Origin: Dehalococcoidia bacterium
GTDB lineage: Bacteria > Chloroflexota > Dehalococcoidia > Plut-88900
Reading direction: 5' to 3'
Assembly: GCA_965197645.1 (NCBI GenBank)
Contig: OZ240219.1
Span: 992,001 to 1,056,000 of the forward strand
DNA length: 64,000 nucleotides
Positions 1 through 9,714 of the stretch are shown here, piece after piece. Under the pieces are notes generated by a model. The model was not told the DNA's origin and ran no database searches. It saw only the letters and a program-made list of their open reading frames with translations. The translations under genes were made by a program, and so were the position numbers. How positions within the stretch are numbered: position 1 is the first letter of the stretch; every line of letters starts with the position of its first letter.

Positions 1-1
1 C

Positions 2-793
2 GGTAGGCCCGAAATCAGCTTCAAGATACTGGTAACCAACGACGATGGAATAGCCGCGCCCGGCCTTCGGATTCTGGCCGAAAGCTTGACCGAAGTCGGA
101 GACGTGGTGGTCGTGGCACCGGACCGGGAGCAGAGCGGGGTAGGCGCCTCGGTGACACTGCATCACCCCCTGAGGGTCGCCTCTTCGCCACCCGTGATGA
201 ACGGGATCGAGGCCTATGCCGTCGAGGGGACCCCCGGTGACAGTGTGATCCTGGCCACCTCTACCCTGGTGAAGAAACCGGTGGACCTGCTGGTGAGTGG
301 GATCAATCCCGGCGCTAACTTGGGGAACGACGTGTTCGTTTCGGGTACGGTGGGAGCGGCCTTCCACGGCTACTTTCGAGGTATTCCGTCCATCGCCGTA
401 TCCATTACCGCACTGGACGATCTTCGATACGAGGCTGCAGCCAAGCTGGCGAGGCTGCTGGCGATTCGGGTGAGAAACGGCGCCCTACCGAAGGAGCTGT
501 TGTTGAACGTGAACCTGCCCAACGAGCCGATAGAAAAGCTAAAGGGCGTGAAGGTTACCCGCTCAGGTAATACCAGCTACACCGAGTTCCTCAAGGAGGG
601 GTACGACGCTCGCAGGAAGTACTACTGGCTGGAACCGGGTGACCGCACCTGGAAGATGGAAGAAGGCACGGATATCTGGGCCGTGCAGAACGATTACGTC
701 TCCATCACTCCCCTTCGCAACGATGTTACGGCGCACCCACAGATGCCCTATCTGGAGGAGCTTCACCAGCTGCTGGAGGAGGTCTCCGATTGA
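2..793 (+). CDS. surE: 5'/3'-nucleotidase SurE (5' end lies outside the window)
   Basis: The frame is open from base 2 and reads KILVTNDDGIAAPG upstream of the listed TTG at 86. Also has VVAPDREQSGVG, GTPGDSV, SGINPGANLG and SGTVGAA motifs. Confidence 0.95.
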   Translation, partial: GRPEISFKILVTNDDGIAAPGLRILAESLTEVGDVVVVAPDREQSGVGASVTLHHPLRVASSPPVMNGIEAYAVEGTPGDSVILATSTLVKKPVDLLVSGINPGANLGNDVFVSGTVGAAFHGYFRGIPSIAVSITALDDLRYEAAAKLARLLAIRVRNGALPKELLLNVNLPNEPIEKLKGVKVTRSGNTSYTEFLKEGYDARRKYYWLEPGDRTWKMEEGTDIWAVQNDYVSITPLRNDVTAHPQMPYLEELHQLLEEVSD

Positions 794-1275
794 ACAGCGA
801 AATACAAGAGTACTCTGACCTTCTCAACATACTGATTTCGAAGACGAGGAAGCACGTCGAAGGCGCTACCACCGAGGCGCTGAACTGGAGACCTCCGGCG
901 GAGGGCGCCAACTCCGTGGCGGTGATATCGGTGCACATGTGCGGCGTAGTCCGTGGGTGGACCCTGAAGGGAATGACGGGGGACAAGCGAGAGCGGGACC
1001 GTCCCAGCGAGTTTCTCGCAGTGGCGGATGACGAGGGCTACGTGGAGTTCTGGGGCAGACGGGTAAGGCTGCTTTCGTTGATCGACGATACCCTGGCTGA
1101 TGTCAACCGGGTCTTGGGCGGAATGTCGCTCGAGGACCTGGATGAGACCTTCGTAGCGCACAACGGCGAGACCACCAACAGGCGTTACGCCATTGTGCAT
1201 ACCATCGATGAGTTGGCCCAGCACGTCGGCCACCTGGAGCTTACCTTGCAGATGTGGGCCTCCCGACAGGCGTGA
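790..1275 (+). CDS. DinB/DUF664-family four-helix protein (putative thiol S-transferase superfamily)
   Basis: LNWRPP..NS...I..H and H...ELAQHVGH metal-ligand pattern. TTG start overlaps the surE TGA. Confidence 0.75.
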   Translation: MNSEIQEYSDLLNILISKTRKHVEGATTEALNWRPPAEGANSVAVISVHMCGVVRGWTLKGMTGDKRERDRPSEFLAVADDEGYVEFWGRRVRLLSLIDDTLADVNRVLGGMSLEDLDETFVAHNGETTNRRYAIVHTIDELAQHVGHLELTLQMWASRQA

Positions 1276-1297
1276 GCATCGCCCATCGTGGACTGGT

Positions 1298-1326
1298 TTG
1301 ACAGGGCAAACCCCCTGTGATAATTT
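1298..1326 (+). promoter_or_regulatory. sigma70-type promoter for the tRNA cluster
   Basis: TTGACA-17bp-TAATTT with extended -10 TG, 30 bp before tRNA-Met. Confidence 0.6.
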
Positions 1327-1355
1327 GCAACTTAGGGAGGGAACCATCTTCGATC

Positions 1356-1430
1356 GCCAACGTAGCTCAGCGGCAGAGCGGGGTCTTCATAAGGCCTAGG
1401 TCGTAGGTTCGAATCCTACCGTTGGCACCA
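1356..1430 (+). tRNA. tRNA-Met(CAT), elongator type (Ile2 not fully excluded)
   Basis: GCCAACG/CGTTGGC acceptor stem, TT-CAT-AA anticodon loop, GTTCGAATC T-loop, encoded CCA. Confidence 0.93.
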
Positions 1431-1456
1431 CTATCGGTGGGTACAGACTACGAGGT

Positions 1457-1517
1457 GGGCACAGGGACGAAGCCCCTTTGCGAGAGCCTCAGAGCCTGCC
1501 GAAGGGGTGTTCCTCAG
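1457..1517. repeat. REP/MITE-like element related (inverted) to the 38521 family
   Basis: AGGGACGAAGCCCCTTTGC...GGGTGTTCCTCAG resembles the reverse complement of CTGAGGGACACCC...GCAAAGGGGCTTCGCCCCT at 38521. Confidence 0.6.
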
Positions 1518-1589
1518 ATACAAACTCAACGGAGAGGCGAGGTAGAAGAGGCACAGGCCACGATATCAGAGTAATGTACAGTCCCTCCG

Positions 1590-1666
1590 GGGCGGTTAGC
1601 TCAGTTGGTGAGAGCGCGCGCCTCACACGCGCGAGGTCGCAGGTTCAAGTCCTGCACCGCCCACCA
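1590..1666 (+). tRNA. tRNA-Val(CAC)
   Basis: GGGCGGT/ACCGCCC acceptor stem, CT-CAC-AC loop, GTTCAAGTC, CCA. Confidence 0.96.
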
Positions 1667-1701
1667 TTGACAATGGAGCATTAGCAGAGACATTAGATAG
1701 C

Positions 1702-1788
1702 GCCGAAGTGGCGGAACGGCAGACGCGCTACGTTCAGGGCGTAGTGCCCCTTGCGGGCGTGTGGGTTCAAATCCCACCTTCGGCACCA
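1702..1788 (+). tRNA. tRNA-Leu(CAG)
   Basis: GCCGAAG/CTTCGGC stem, TT-CAG-GG loop, long variable arm, CCA. Confidence 0.96.
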
Positions 1789-1862
1789 GCTCGAAAAAAG
1801 CATAGACGCTTCTGAAAATCACAAGATAGAGACAGTATCAAAGCAGTCATCGATTTCTTTAC

Positions 1863-1939
1863 GCGCTTGTAGCTCAGATGGATAGAGCGCGGCCCTGCGG
1901 AGGCCGAGGTCGTGGGTTCGAGCCCCGCCAAGCGCGCCA
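1863..1939 (+). tRNA. tRNA-Arg(GCG)
   Basis: GCGCTTG/CAAGCGC stem, CGGCC-CT-GCG-GA-GGCCG anticodon arm, CCA. Confidence 0.95.
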
Positions 1940-1957
1940 CCTTGACAAACGGACTCC

Positions 1958-2035
1958 GGGCGGTTAGCTCAGTTGGTTTAGAGCGCCTGCTTTACACGCA
2001 GGAAGTCGGGGGTTCGAGTCCCTCACCGCCCACCA
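1958..2035 (+). tRNA. tRNA-Val(TAC)
   Basis: GGGCGGT/ACCGCCC stem, TT-TAC-AC loop, GTTCGAGTC, CCA. Confidence 0.96.
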
Positions 2036-2344
2036 GCCTTAGTTATGCGGGCTCCACGGCTTCATGGGTTGATTCCTGACGGTTCGGCCCACTTTGCCTT
2101 TCGACCAGCCATTCGTTCGATCACAGAGATGATGAAGAATGAGTGACCATCAAGTAGAGCGCCTCGCCAAGCTCATCGGTCTCCAGAAGGTTTCGTCAAC
2201 TAGAGGAAATATGACAGCCAGTTTGATTGCCAGTACCGGGTGGCCCTGCGGGCTGCGTGGAAATGGCAAGGGATACTGGCTCTTCGCCACCGCGGGCGGG
2301 CATATCATCTTCATCCAATAGTCGCTATTTCGAAAGGGGGGTTC

Positions 2345-3382
2345 ATGCAACTCCGCAAACTATCCAACGGGCTGAAGGCCGCGTACCGTGGGTCGGACGT
2401 CGCCAGTCGTGTGCAACACTTCGATGGATGGACCGACAGAGCGCTCGCGCGGGATGTCGGCGCGACAGGCTACGATCACACCGAAACCGTCAAGGAATAC
2501 TACGACCTTTGCGGCGAGTTCATGGTGTTCGGCTGGGGCGAATCTCTGCACTTCGCCCCGCTATCGCCTCAGGAGAGCTTGGAGGAGTCCAAGACCCGGC
2601 ATCAGCGACTGATGATCGCCAAGCTGGAGTTGCGCGAGGGCATGAGGGTGGTAGATATCGGGTGCGGGATCGGCGGGCCGATGCGGCGTGTCGTCCGGGA
2701 CGCCGGTGTGAGGGTCGTAGGGGTCAACAGCAATGAAATCCAGCTGGACAAGGCGAAATCGTTGAACGCCGAGGCGGGGCTCGACCACATGGTCGACTAC
2801 CTCGCGTGCAGCTTCATGGACATGGGTGCCATCGCGGACGGCACGTTCGACCGGGGCTACGCGATCGAATCGACGTGTCACGCGCCGGATAAGGCTGGCG
2901 CGTTCGCCGAGATTTACCGCGTGCTGAAACCCGGAGCCCTTTTCTGGTGTCAGGAAATGTGCATGACGGACAAGTTCGATTCCAACTACAATCGGCACCG
3001 GGCAATCAAGCAGGACCTGATGCGCGGCATCGCGCTCCAGGATATCGCAAGGATGGGAGAGGTGAACCGGGCGCTCGAAACGGCCGGATTTCAGCTCATC
3101 GAGGGAATGAACCGGGCGGTCGGGGAGAACGGTCCGACCACGCCGTGGTATCGGCCCATGGAGACCCGGCGCAGAACGCTGGCCAATAGCCTGCACAGGG
3201 TGCCGATGGGCCGCAAGGCGTTCATCTGGGCATCCAAGCTGGCCGAGGTGTTCAGGGTGTTCCCGAAGGGCTCCGCGGACGTCGTTAGGCTGATGGACCA
3301 GACTGCCAACGCCTTGGTCGCGGGCGGCAGGGCCGGGATCTTCACGCCGTTGTACTGTTGCCTGGCTCGCAAACCGCTCTGA
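2345..3382 (+). CDS. Sterol 24-C-methyltransferase-like (ERG6/SMT family) SAM-dependent methyltransferase
   Basis: YYD..FGWGESLHFAP, VDIGCGIGGP, YAIESTCHAP, RVLKPG and C-terminal LVAGG..GIFTP..LARKP. ATG at 2345 follows an AAAGGGGG RBS. Confidence 0.88.
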   Translation: MQLRKLSNGLKAAYRGSDVASRVQHFDGWTDRALARDVGATGYDHTETVKEYYDLCGEFMVFGWGESLHFAPLSPQESLEESKTRHQRLMIAKLELREGMRVVDIGCGIGGPMRRVVRDAGVRVVGVNSNEIQLDKAKSLNAEAGLDHMVDYLACSFMDMGAIADGTFDRGYAIESTCHAPDKAGAFAEIYRVLKPGALFWCQEMCMTDKFDSNYNRHRAIKQDLMRGIALQDIARMGEVNRALETAGFQLIEGMNRAVGENGPTTPWYRPMETRRRTLANSLHRVPMGRKAFIWASKLAEVFRVFPKGSADVVRLMDQTANALVAGGRAGIFTPLYCCLARKPL

Positions 3383-3579
3383 CAGGCTGCGGAAGAGAGG
3401 GTTTTCCCGGTGACCAGACCCGTCTTCTCGAATGCGCAACGGCAAATATTGAGGCCGGACTGCATCTCCCCGCTGGTTAAAGGAAGTGCGCCCGCCACGC
3501 TTGAGAGATTACTTGCGCCTATTTAGGGTGGCGTGTCCATTTCCTTACATTTGGACTTCCAACCGAAAAGTTCGCAATT

Positions 3580-3722
3580 GAGCTTGTCTCAAAAGTACGG
3601 ACGTCTTAATCCCAACCACCCGCCCTCGGAAGGTTTTGTAGCTGGGGGAACATCCCCCAGGCCCCTTGCCAGAGGGAAGTTTCCCTCTGGACTCCCTCAA
3701 AGCAGGGTTCTGAGACAGGCTC
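3580..3722. mobile_element. MITE (143 bp) with imperfect terminal inverted repeats and a 4-bp AATT target duplication
   Basis: Left end GAGCTTGTCTCAAAA; right end reverse complement GAGCCTGTCTCAGAA. AATT at 3576-3579 and 3723-3726. Internal hairpins such as CCAGAGGGAAGTTTCCCTCTGG. Confidence 0.75.
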
Positions 3723-4147
3723 AATTCGGTGCGCCCCGGCCCACCAGTTCATGCATACACCGGCATCGTCGGTCATGCCCGCATATCAATCGTGCACAGG
3801 TGCTCTCTCTATAGCCGGCAATTTCCAGAAAAGGCGAGAGTGACTGCCTCGCTACCACCGGTGAACCGGGAGAGGGTAAGGTAATCTCCTAAGGATGCAG
3901 CAGAGTCGGCCAGTCACCTCTTCCCATCCCCGCGATCCCTTGCCGATTAGCGGAAATTCCTGGTGGTTGATGAAGCCGGACAGGGGACGGCACTGTTCCA
4001 GAGAGAGTCGTTGCATCCCGGACGCACAGGCCAGCCTGTGCCGGATGAGCACAACTCCTAGCGGCTCAAAAAGAGGAACACATTGAGCCGGGTCTTTATT
4101 CTAGGAGCCGACTACCTCCAATGCTTGAGAAGCACGGTTGACAGGGT

Positions 4148-4642
4148 CTAGAGGCAGTCTGCGTCGGCGAGGATTTCTCGGGTAGCGGGAGACAGCTCAT
4201 CCTCAGTACGGTTAACTTCTTCCTCTAATGCCGCCAGCTCGTCCTCCATCTCCGCTATTTCGTCTTCGAGTTCCGCCATTTTGCTCATCAACTCTAGTAA
4301 CTTAGCCTCGTCTTCTGCGTCGGATTTTTCAAAGTCCTGCATCAGGTCCACGAGTCCCGTGTCTTCCAGAGCGTCTAGTGTTGTTTGAAGGGACCTGACT
4401 CTAACCTCGTGGAATTCCTCTAACTCCTCCGGTGGGTTCCACCCCTTTATCTCGGCGAGAGCGTCCTCCGCGGCGTCGAATCCAGCAGAGAATTCTTCAT
4501 CCGAGATTTCCAAGGCCTCCATGCGGGTACCTAGTGTTTGACAGGCGTCTGCATATTCCTCGACAGTCATTCTAGGGGCCCCTCCACACGCGACCATTGT
4601 TGTAACAAACACCAGCGCCAAAGCGATCAAAACTTTGGACAT
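4148..4642 (-). CDS. Acidic helical lipoprotein, unknown function
   Basis: MSKVLIALALVFVTTMVA-C lipobox, GGAGAAGGAG RBS, very D/E-rich. Confidence 0.75.
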   Translation of the reverse strand: MSKVLIALALVFVTTMVACGGAPRMTVEEYADACQTLGTRMEALEISDEEFSAGFDAAEDALAEIKGWNPPEELEEFHEVRVRSLQTTLDALEDTGLVDLMQDFEKSDAEDEAKLLELMSKMAELEDEIAEMEDELAALEEEVNRTEDELSPATREILADADCL

Positions 4643-5034
4643 GGTTGTCTCCTTCTCCACGGGACTTGGGTAAGGCTTGAGAGAAGCATCCAGAACGACT
4701 AGAACGGCGAGGCTATACTACACTGATGTAATAGTAGTGTGAACCAACGGTGATAATCATCCCCTCTACCGCATGACTTACTGTGATTGCTTGGTGTCCG
4801 CTCAGATAGGCAGCAAGTCCGCAGGGGCCTACCCAGCGCGGCCCACCCTCTTCCTGATATCGGGGCTTCCTCTGCGAAAAAGTCGCCAATCGGTGCGCCT
4901 TGGCCAACCATGCGACCCCAGTGTTCGGTCTCGTCCGGGGTTCAAGCGTAACAATCAGGTGCTTCCCATGACCCGGACTGTGACGATGTCCACGCCGTGA
5001 AACTTTTGGTGACGCACTGCGGAAGCAAGGACTT

Positions 5035-5115
5035 GAAGGCGTCGGAGATGTACTTAAGGAAGATGAGACCGAGGACGACATGCTTGTACTCGGCGGCGTC
5101 CAAGCACCCCCGCAT
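5035..5115 (-). pseudogene. hsdM: Type I R-M HsdM N-terminal remnant
   Basis: [27 protein letters not shown] matches the conserved HsdM N-terminal segment; no continuation follows. Confidence 0.75.
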
Positions 5116-5307
5116 GGGAGGTTCCGAACGACCATCTCGCCGTTCACACTGGAAGGAGGACGCCGAAACACGACGGCTCCGACGACCGCACGGTTGGCGT
5201 CGCGAGCCACGGCGGGGAGCAGAGTGAGAAGGGCCAACGGACGGAAGCCATCGAGAGACCAGGGGGCGGAATGGCAAGTCTAGCGATGAACCGTTCTAGG
5301 GACGGCT

Positions 5308-8300
5308 CTAGCCTCGATTGCCATCGTCTGTAATGACTAGCATGTTTGCTCGCAAGGACAGCCGCCTCGCCTTCCGAAGCCGTTCGATGCCCTCGCTCAA
5401 TCCACGGTCGATTTGCTGTCCTGTCCGCCGCCAGCCGAATTGACGGGCCGTCTCGCGAATGAGGTCACCTTGCTCTATGCCAAACGACGCTTTGGCGACG
5501 ATCAGCAAGCCCTCATCGATCTCGGATGATGCCACGCGGTCAATCGGGCGTTTGGCGTCACGCCTTGGCCGAAGCTGCTCAACACTTTGGGCCTGAACCA
5601 GGAAATGTCCAGTCTTGTCGCGCGGCTGATTGAGGAGGCGTTCAATCGCTTGCTCGACCCGCTCACGGATTCGTTTCCCTGCTTTAGCGGCTCCATACGT
5701 GGTGCGCACCCGATCAATGATTGTGTCTATGTGAACGGGTTGCTCAACGGAAATGACGGCCCGCACCAAGGCTGATAGTTCACTCAACGGGACATAGAGC
5801 AGGTCGCCTGTACGAGCCTGCTCTTCGAATTGGCGGTACTCATCGAAGAGCAGGGCCGGGGTCGGCGATGCTGGCGGGCCGTCTGGTTCTGTTGATGCAG
5901 AGGCGATGGGAGGCAACTTATCGAAACCGGGATTGGCGGGTGCAGGTGGAGGCTCCGACCGATGAGAGCGCGCCCGTTGGAGCGCCTGTTCAATGGCGAC
6001 AATCTCCGTCTCAGGATCTCGGACCCACGCTGTCGACCACACGCGGTGAATGCGCCAACCGAGCCCTTCTAGCACTTGCTGGCGCAACCAATCACGGTCG
6101 CGCGCAGTAGTCGAACTGTGGTATGTAGCCCCATCGCACTCAATGCCGAGATCGTATCGCTCGCCGTCCTCAGACCCGATTGCGAGGTCTATACGGTAAC
6201 CCGAGATGCCGACTTGCGCGTCAACCCTGTGCCCGCGTTGCCTTAGTGCGGCAAACACCGCCTCCTCGAACGGGCTCTCCGGCTCACCTACTCCGGTGAC
6301 CTCAGACTCGAAGGCACGCTCGGGGTTGCGCACGTATTCGAGATAGCGGCGTAGCTGGCGGGCGCCAGGCTGCTGCGACCTGATGTCCTCAGCGCGCAGC
6401 GAGTGTACAACCGTCATTGACCTGCGCGCCCGGGTCACCGCAACATTGAGCCTCCGTTCGCCTCCATCTCTGTTGATTGGACCGAAGTGGTTAGGCACGG
6501 CGCCTGCCGGGGTCGGCCCATAACAGATGGAAAGTACCATGTGATCCCGTTCGTCACCCTGGACGTTCTCCAGGTTCTTGACGAAGAAGCGCTCAGCCCC
6601 TTCTTCGCTGAACCGTTGGTCCAAATGACGATAGAGCAAACGACGCTCCTCGATGAGGGCCTCTATCAGGTCTGCCTGGGGGCGCGACAGCGCGACAACG
6701 CCAATGCTTTCGTCGGCAGGGTGGGTTTCCATGAGTTCGAACACGATGTCGGTGACACGCTCGGCCTCTTCCCGGTTGGTTTTTGTGCGGCCCATGTCGT
6801 AGGTCGCGTTCGGAAGGTACACGTCGCGGACCGCGACGTCCGCCGGGTCGGGGCCGGGAAAGGTAAGCAACCGGTTTTCGTAGAAGGCGTGGTTGGAGAA
6901 TCGGATGAGGCTCTCCGAGCGGCTTCTATAGTGTACGGAGAGGTATCGCTCGGCGAAGCCGGCCCCAACTTGCCCAACCATGACGTCGAGAATGCTCTCG
7001 CGGCCTCTGAAGCTGTCGTCATTATCGTCATCGTCATCCCAGTCATCGTCACTGTCGAGACCGGTCCTGAAGAACGTGGTAGGTGGGAGCTGCAATCGAT
7101 CACCGACGACGATCGCTTGACCCGCCCGGTCGATGGCGGGGAGCGCGTCCTCAGGCAATACCTGGGAGGCCTCATCGAAAATCACAACGTTGAACTCTAG
7201 ATGATCGCTCGCCAGTGGACCTGCTGGCAGATACTGGCTGACAGCGATCGGACTCATCAGGAAACACGGCTTCAGCGTTTGTAACAAATTTGGGATGCGT
7301 GCGATGAGCTTCCGTACGGGCATCTGCCTGCGCCGCTTCGAGAGCTCGCCGTAGAGAATGCCCAGTTGACCTGCTTGTAGAAGAGTGGAGTATGGGTCCG
7401 GATACTTTGCAAAGACACGTTCTCGCACGCGCTGGCGCGCAGCAAAGGGGAAACGCTCATCGAGTTCCCGGAACTGGGCGCCCACACCCTCGTGGTCAAT
7501 CCTGCTGAACCCGCGTAATTCCGTCTCGGCTTCGTAGAGCTCCTCCAGCCATGCAATGTAGATTCGACGGAGGACAATCCCGGGTACATCCTCCGCCTGA
7601 TCGGTCGCGGCGCGGAGTGCTCCGGCTGATCCAGGGCCGAGCCGCTCGTCGAGTTCTCGCACTGCATCGCGGTATTCGACCCACCCGGACGCGTCGCTCG
7701 CGTGTTCGTGGAGGTCTGTCCTCCATGCCTCCAGGTCGGCTAAGGGTGGCGCTTGCCAGGAGTCCCAACTCGTAGTCGCGACATTGAACCGCTCATCAAG
7801 GACACTGAGTCTCTGCGAGTATGCGGCGTTCTCCGTGCTAAGGGACTCCGCACGTTCTTCGTACTCCGCGCTTGTTCGCGGGTCGACAGCATGACCCGCT
7901 AGCATGTCGCCGACCGGAACGTCTGCCTCGTCGAGGAAGTTAGCAGTCCAGTCGAGGGCATACGAGACGGCATCCCAATCGGTTGCCTCGCGCTCGAAGA
8001 AGGCGCCAAAGTCCTCGACAAGCGCAGGCGCGAGCCGTTCATCCTCTTCCGTCACGGCCATGAGCCGAAGGCCGTCCTCAATGAGTTGAGTCAGCGCATC
8101 GAAGTCAGCGGGCGGTGTGACGAGGATGCGGTATATCTCTGCCGTGGCGTCCCGTATACGGCGTAATGGCACAATCGCACGCCGTGCGGCATCACCTGCT
8201 CTGGCGACTTCCAGATTCGACGCCACCAGAGGCTCATGGTCGAGTGCACTCGCCGCGCGCTTGTACCGCATCAGCGCATCCTCTAATGGCTGGCTCGCGG

Positions 8301-9336
8301 ACTCAAGCACGAGACGGCGGTCGCCAATAACCTCCTCGGCAAGTAACTCCCGCAGGACAGCGTCATCGCTGCGCCATTCACCGAGGATGCCCCTCAGCGC
8401 CATGAGGTCAGAGAGCACACGCTCCCACTCGGTTTCCAGGCCGCCGAAGCGTGTACCCAGTAACTCTCGCAGTCGTGGCTCCATCTCATGCCATCGCTCG
8501 CGCCTCCGCTTCACGCCCATAGCCAACTCGACGACAGCGAGGGATTCATCAAGTGAGAGCTTGCGGGGCGATTTGAGCTGTCCACGGACTGTGCGTTGGT
8601 CGCGTCGATATGTTCTTCGGATATGGCGCAGGAAGCTCTGGTGGTCGGTTCGGTAGCGAATGAGCATCTCCTCGTCCACTCGCTCTACAAGCCCGTCGGA
8701 GAAGTCCTCACCAAGCCTGTCTTCGTCGTCGTCGAGGTGTCCAAGCAATGCTCGTGCATCCTCCGAATCGCGCTCCAACTCCTCAGTCGCCGGGACCGTG
8801 AGCCATTGCGCCGGAATCGGTTCGAGGTCTAGGATGCTAGCTGTCAACGCCGATGCCTGATCGAGTTGGCCCAGTGTGCGAAGCTGCGAGTCCGCGAGAG
8901 CGGCACCGATGGCTTCCGCGCTCGCCTTCAACAGATCGAGCGCCGCTTCGAGTTCATTGGCCTTCGCCAAGAACTCGCTGGGATTCTTGCCCAGCGCGGT
9001 TCGCCAGCCCATTCCGGCCAACTCTTCTATCGCTTCTCGTTCGTCTGGCGAGAGCACCAGCGCGCTGGCGATAGCTCGATAGTCGATTGTTGGGGGCGAA
9101 GCTCCCAACCAACCGTCCAGTGTCTGCTCTAGGCGACGTCGCTCGCGCTGCTGCTTTGCTTGATCTCGCGCCAACTGACGCAACCTCGCTACAGCGTCGT
9201 AGTTGAGCCACATGCGAGGAACAGCCGGCGCTAGGCTGAGCGCGGCGCCCTGTAGTCCGACCGCCAGTACGGTGGACGGAGGACAGGCTTCCTCGGGTTC
9301 AAGACGGATGGGCTGGTCGGTGCTCCCGGCGCTCAA
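5308..9336 (-). CDS. 5'-truncated Upf1/DNA2-like SF1 helicase + Vsr-like (MTES_1575) nuclease + DUF3320 protein (DUF4011/Hhe-type)
   Basis: FDEASQ, VGDRLQLPPT, HYRS, NLENVQGDERD and RRLNVAVTRAR helicase motifs; GYRIDL..GIECDGATYH..RDRDWLRQQVLE.LGW nuclease. No Walker A in the ORF. Confidence 0.85.
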   Translation of the reverse strand: MSAGSTDQPIRLEPEEACPPSTVLAVGLQGAALSLAPAVPRMWLNYDAVARLRQLARDQAKQQRERRRLEQTLDGWLGASPPTIDYRAIASALVLSPDEREAIEELAGMGWRTALGKNPSEFLAKANELEAALDLLKASAEAIGAALADSQLRTLGQLDQASALTASILDLEPIPAQWLTVPATEELERDSEDARALLGHLDDDEDRLGEDFSDGLVERVDEEMLIRYRTDHQSFLRHIRRTYRRDQRTVRGQLKSPRKLSLDESLAVVELAMGVKRRRERWHEMEPRLRELLGTRFGGLETEWERVLSDLMALRGILGEWRSDDAVLRELLAEEVIGDRRLVLESASQPLEDALMRYKRAASALDHEPLVASNLEVARAGDAARRAIVPLRRIRDATAEIYRILVTPPADFDALTQLIEDGLRLMAVTEEDERLAPALVEDFGAFFEREATDWDAVSYALDWTANFLDEADVPVGDMLAGHAVDPRTSAEYEERAESLSTENAAYSQRLSVLDERFNVATTSWDSWQAPPLADLEAWRTDLHEHASDASGWVEYRDAVRELDERLGPGSAGALRAATDQAEDVPGIVLRRIYIAWLEELYEAETELRGFSRIDHEGVGAQFRELDERFPFAARQRVRERVFAKYPDPYSTLLQAGQLGILYGELSKRRRQMPVRKLIARIPNLLQTLKPCFLMSPIAVSQYLPAGPLASDHLEFNVVIFDEASQVLPEDALPAIDRAGQAIVVGDRLQLPPTTFFRTGLDSDDDWDDDDDNDDSFRGRESILDVMVGQVGAGFAERYLSVHYRSRSESLIRFSNHAFYENRLLTFPGPDPADVAVRDVYLPNATYDMGRTKTNREEAERVTDIVFELMETHPADESIGVVALSRPQADLIEALIEERRLLYRHLDQRFSEEGAERFFVKNLENVQGDERDHMVLSICYGPTPAGAVPNHFGPINRDGGERRLNVAVTRARRSMTVVHSLRAEDIRSQQPGARQLRRYLEYVRNPERAFESEVTGVGEPESPFEEAVFAALRQRGHRVDAQVGISGYRIDLAIGSEDGERYDLGIECDGATYHSSTTARDRDWLRQQVLEGLGWRIHRVWSTAWVRDPETEIVAIEQALQRARSHRSEPPPAPANPGFDKLPPIASASTEPDGPPASPTPALLFDEYRQFEEQARTGDLLYVPLSELSALVRAVISVEQPVHIDTIIDRVRTTYGAAKAGKRIRERVEQAIERLLNQPRDKTGHFLVQAQSVEQLRPRRDAKRPIDRVASSEIDEGLLIVAKASFGIEQGDLIRETARQFGWRRTGQQIDRGLSEGIERLRKARRLSLRANMLVITDDGNRG

Positions 9337-9714
9337 CGTTCAGCCATTCTCCAGACACCTCCCTGGAAGCGAAGGTTTCCGGGGATGCTTGCCGGCAATT
9401 GCCCTGGAGGGCAAGGCCTTTTCGAACCTTACTGATTCGGGCTGGATGCGTCAATAGTCGGCCGGGGTCATCAACCACATCTCGAAAACGGTTCTGTCTG
9501 CATTGAGTATAGTCCCATCATTTTAGGTGGTAGCCAATGCCGTAGCATCAGACCTGATAATCGCAATAGCTCGGCTAGACGAGGTCAGAGTCTTCACCCA
9601 TCTCTTCTACAAGCTCCAGCCTCTACGATCCCAGGAGGGGATACGGGCTGATATACTGAGCCCGGAGCAGGAGACAGAGGGGTTGTCGACGGGGATTATG
9701 TGGGGTGTTCAGGA

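Noticed and set aside
2240-2344. Longer N-terminus for the SMT given by the ORF track
   Set aside because: The RBS and the SMT-like sequence begin at ATG 2345.
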